From: Paragordius varius
Taxonomy: Eukaryota > Animalia > Nematomorpha
Direction: 5' to 3'
DNA: 64,000 bases
Assembly: GCA_964247055.1 (NCBI GenBank)
Contig: OZ176054.1
Location: 12,896,001-12,960,000 of the forward strand
Of the stretch, positions 60,928-64,000 are shown in pieces (positions within the stretch are counted from its first letter, which is position 1; every line of letters starts with the position of its first letter). The translations under genes were made by a program, and so were the position numbers. The notes below the pieces were generated by a model. That model was not told where the DNA came from and did no database searches. It saw only the letters and a program-made list of their open reading frames with translations.

Positions 60928-63909
60928 ATGGCCGAATATTTAAAATTTATTAGTGTTGGTATTCCATTAAATCCTCTTCCTCCTCCATATAATGAACAAT
61001 CCATATCAGCTGATATTCTACGAGCCCCTTTTCGAAGCAATGGACTGACAAAACGAGAAAAAACGGTTTGAGTTTTATTTTGAACTAACCTTTGAAATTT
61101 GAAGAATTTGTTTTAAATATTTTTGGGGTTTTCACAAATTTGTTTTATCATTACATTATATTCTTTATTAAAAAACAAGTTAATTATTTAATTTTAATCG
61201 TGATAAGCATTATTTCAGAATCCTGCCATAAAACATCTCTTCAAAGAATATAAAAAATTAAAAATATTTTTGAAATTTTGCCCAAATATATTATTTTATA
61301 TATAATAATCCTATTTTTTTAATATTTTTAGTTTTTTTGTCAAAATCCTTATGACACATGAAAATAATCTTAATTGCATAAATCTGCGACTAGCATATTT
61401 ATTTCCGATTTTAGAGAATATTTTAATTCCAGATAAAATTTGTGTTGTCAATAAAGATTGTGGGTCATTTTCCATTTTATAATAATACAAATGAAATTAT
61501 TAAAATTAATCAAAGCCATATTTGGTCTTAATGAATATTGATTGTAATTGATAGTATGCAAACATATATATTGCTAATCTGGAGATATAATTTTTGCTAT
61601 TATTTTTTTTGAAATTAGCTTCCGTTCTGATGGTCCGCATTACAACAAACCCTCAAAAGCTTTAAATTTTTAATTTTTTATGTCTTTGTTTTGATAATTA
61701 TGTGGACCACGTATGAAAGTTTAATTTTCTATTTAATTAGTGTGACTTATTTATTATCATATAATAATAACTAAACATTCATACACAAAATATCGGATAC
61801 CGATTCAAAATTAAAATAAAATAATATATACCAACTATCCATAAATGCTATGTGTGGATAATTATTTTTGAATGGGTAAATTCTAGAAGAGGTTTTAAGA
61901 TTTATAAATCAATTTGGCCTCGAATATAAAAAGCATTTCTTTTTCCAAACTGTCCACCATTTCGATTATTTTATTATTGTATTTTTTTCACATATAGTTG
62001 GCAGTTAGAAATGTGCTACGATATTTTCCCGTTTCTTTCCATGATACGCTTACCCCTGAATTTATGGAAGAACTTGAAAATAGAGGCCATATATACGCTT
62101 ATCGATTTAAACCTCAGATTAGAATGAAGTTTCATATATAAATTCCTATCTTTTAAACAATTTTATAACGTATTATCTAATCACATATAATTTTCGTAAT
62201 ATCGCTTAGTAAAAAATTCAAAAATTACAGTAAAAATTAAATACGGACAAAAGGTAAAAATATAAAGACAATTTTTTTTCCAAAAGTACTTTTTAAAACC
62301 TTAATGTTTCTCGTATAAGCTACTTAGTGTGTTAGTATTATATATCTCTATTTCACACTTTGCCATTTAAAGCAATGAGTTATATTGAAATAAATCAAGA
62401 TTTAAAAAGTATGGTTGTCTTTTGTGGAAAAAAATATTTTTTATATTTTTACGTTTTGTCCTTCCGTATAATTACAATTTTTACTGTATTTGTAGTTCTT
62501 TAATGTATATATATGATAGAGCATATCCTATTCAAGAATACCCAGGAAAATTGTTGGAATGCAAAGCTATCATGGCAATGATAATGAACAATTTGGATCC
62601 TGACGTGGCTCAGTTCCCTGAAGAGTTGGTAACCTATGGGTCAAACGGTCAAGTTTTTAGCAATTGGATTCAAGTAATCCATTAAGTTTAAACATTTTAT
62701 GCATAATTTTTACTTAACTAAATATATTATTTTTATACAAACAACATCTATTTGCTATTGGAAATATTATATTTAGGTTAGATTTACAATAAAAATTGGA
62801 ATTATACGGACAAAATGTTAAAATATAACGACAAATATATTTTTTTAGAAGAAAACCATACTTTTTTAAACTCCATTTCCTAAGATATATCTCATTGTTT
62901 CAAAATGCAAATTAAATTTTCAGTTTTTACTGTATATATATTTAAACATTGTTATGAAACAACATTATTTATGGGTAGGTTTAGGTCGGACTGGTTACGA
63001 ATGCAGTTATGATCATGGTAGCATAAGCCATTTTTTGCATACATGTTCACCATATGTTTATTAGTGTAAAAATTGAAATTACACATACAAAACGTAAAAA
63101 TATCAACAAAAGCTCTTATTTGATTTTTAAAATGTAACTCATTGTTTTAAATTGCAAAGTGTGGAAATAGATATGCAAATTAGTAACACTAATTATATAT
63201 TTACATTTGTAATTAAATAATTCAAATAGTGGGATATATTATAACTCAGCGGTAAATTCTAAATAACTAACAAAGAGCCAGTTTTTTTGCCCATCCTACT
63301 TTTTTAAAAACTTTTTAAAACAATTAGTTTAACAAATAAGAGCATTAACTTTTAGATAATCTATGGTTAAATTATTGGGTTCGGCATTTCATAAATATTG
63401 TGTTATATTTAATTTTTTCCACAGTTCTTATTAACTATGAAATATTTGTGTGAAATGGAGAATTATCAAACCTTAGTGTTATGTTCAGGACATCCGCACG
63501 GTTTATTCCCAAACATTTGGAATTATCTCACATGTGAAAAAACGGGGAAATTAGGTCTTTTATAAAATTGACAAAAAATTTATTTTTTTGATCATTTAAG
63601 AATTGTATACGTATACTATTTTTAAACCCCTGCTAAATTAAAGAAATACCGCCAAGTTATCCGCGTTTGATTATTACAAACGGCCTGGTGCTACCAACAT
63701 GTCAGGAATCAGAAAAGCAGCTTGATAGAGCCTACGTTTCAGATTACGAGCGATTATTTGGTTTGAATGTTAGTCAATATGGACAAATGACAGCAGGGAG
63801 TTTTTGTTACATTGGACCTCAGGGTATAGTCCATGGCACAACACTAACTTTGCTTAATATAGCTCGAGCAAATTTTGATGTCCAGAATGTGTCTGATATG
63901 GTGGGTAAG
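60928..63909 (+). CDS. UROC1: Urocanate hydratase copy 5, exons 1-5 (continues beyond the window); no lesion seen
   Basis: Exons 60928-61065, 61998-62128, 62520-62673, 63425-63554, 63644-63909 open and in phase; exon 4 donor is weak (GTCTTT). Confidence 0.85.
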
Positions 63910-64000
63910 GTAACACATAATATTACAATATGGATACCTTTAAATATGTTTTAAGTGTGGATTGGAGCCGAAATTATTTTGGGTTTAAGTGAAAAATTTT

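Overview
AT-rich, intron-containing animal (invertebrate) genomic DNA; the taxon cannot be fixed from sequence alone. Almost the whole window is one tandem segmental amplification, about five copies of a ~13 kb unit. Each unit reads: casein kinase 1 gamma-like gene (minus strand, 6 exons), a ~1.8-1.95 kb divergent promoter region, urocanate hydratase gene (plus strand, 9 exons), then a 5'-truncated acetylcholinesterase (AChE) remnant (minus strand). The remnant carries the catalytic Glu and His regions plus a WAT/T-peptide exon. CK1 start codons are at 815, 13839, 26927, 45118 and 59165 (copies A-E); urocanase start codons are at 2763, 15782, 28867, 46916 and 60928 (copies 1-5). All four complete urocanase copies are disabled by stops, frameshifts or lost splice sites; copy 5 is clean as far as the window goes. 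CK1 copies form a series: B is a full ORF with LTGTARY changed to LTRTARC, C is truncated after the kinase domain, D lacks exons 3-4, and E is intact. Superimposed are a young 4.5 kb Ty3/Gypsy element, a non-autonomous Helitron, hAT-, piggyBac- and Tc1/mariner-type MITEs, a duplicated exon and two staggered-recombination scars. Exon coordinates were read by hand and may be off by a few bases.
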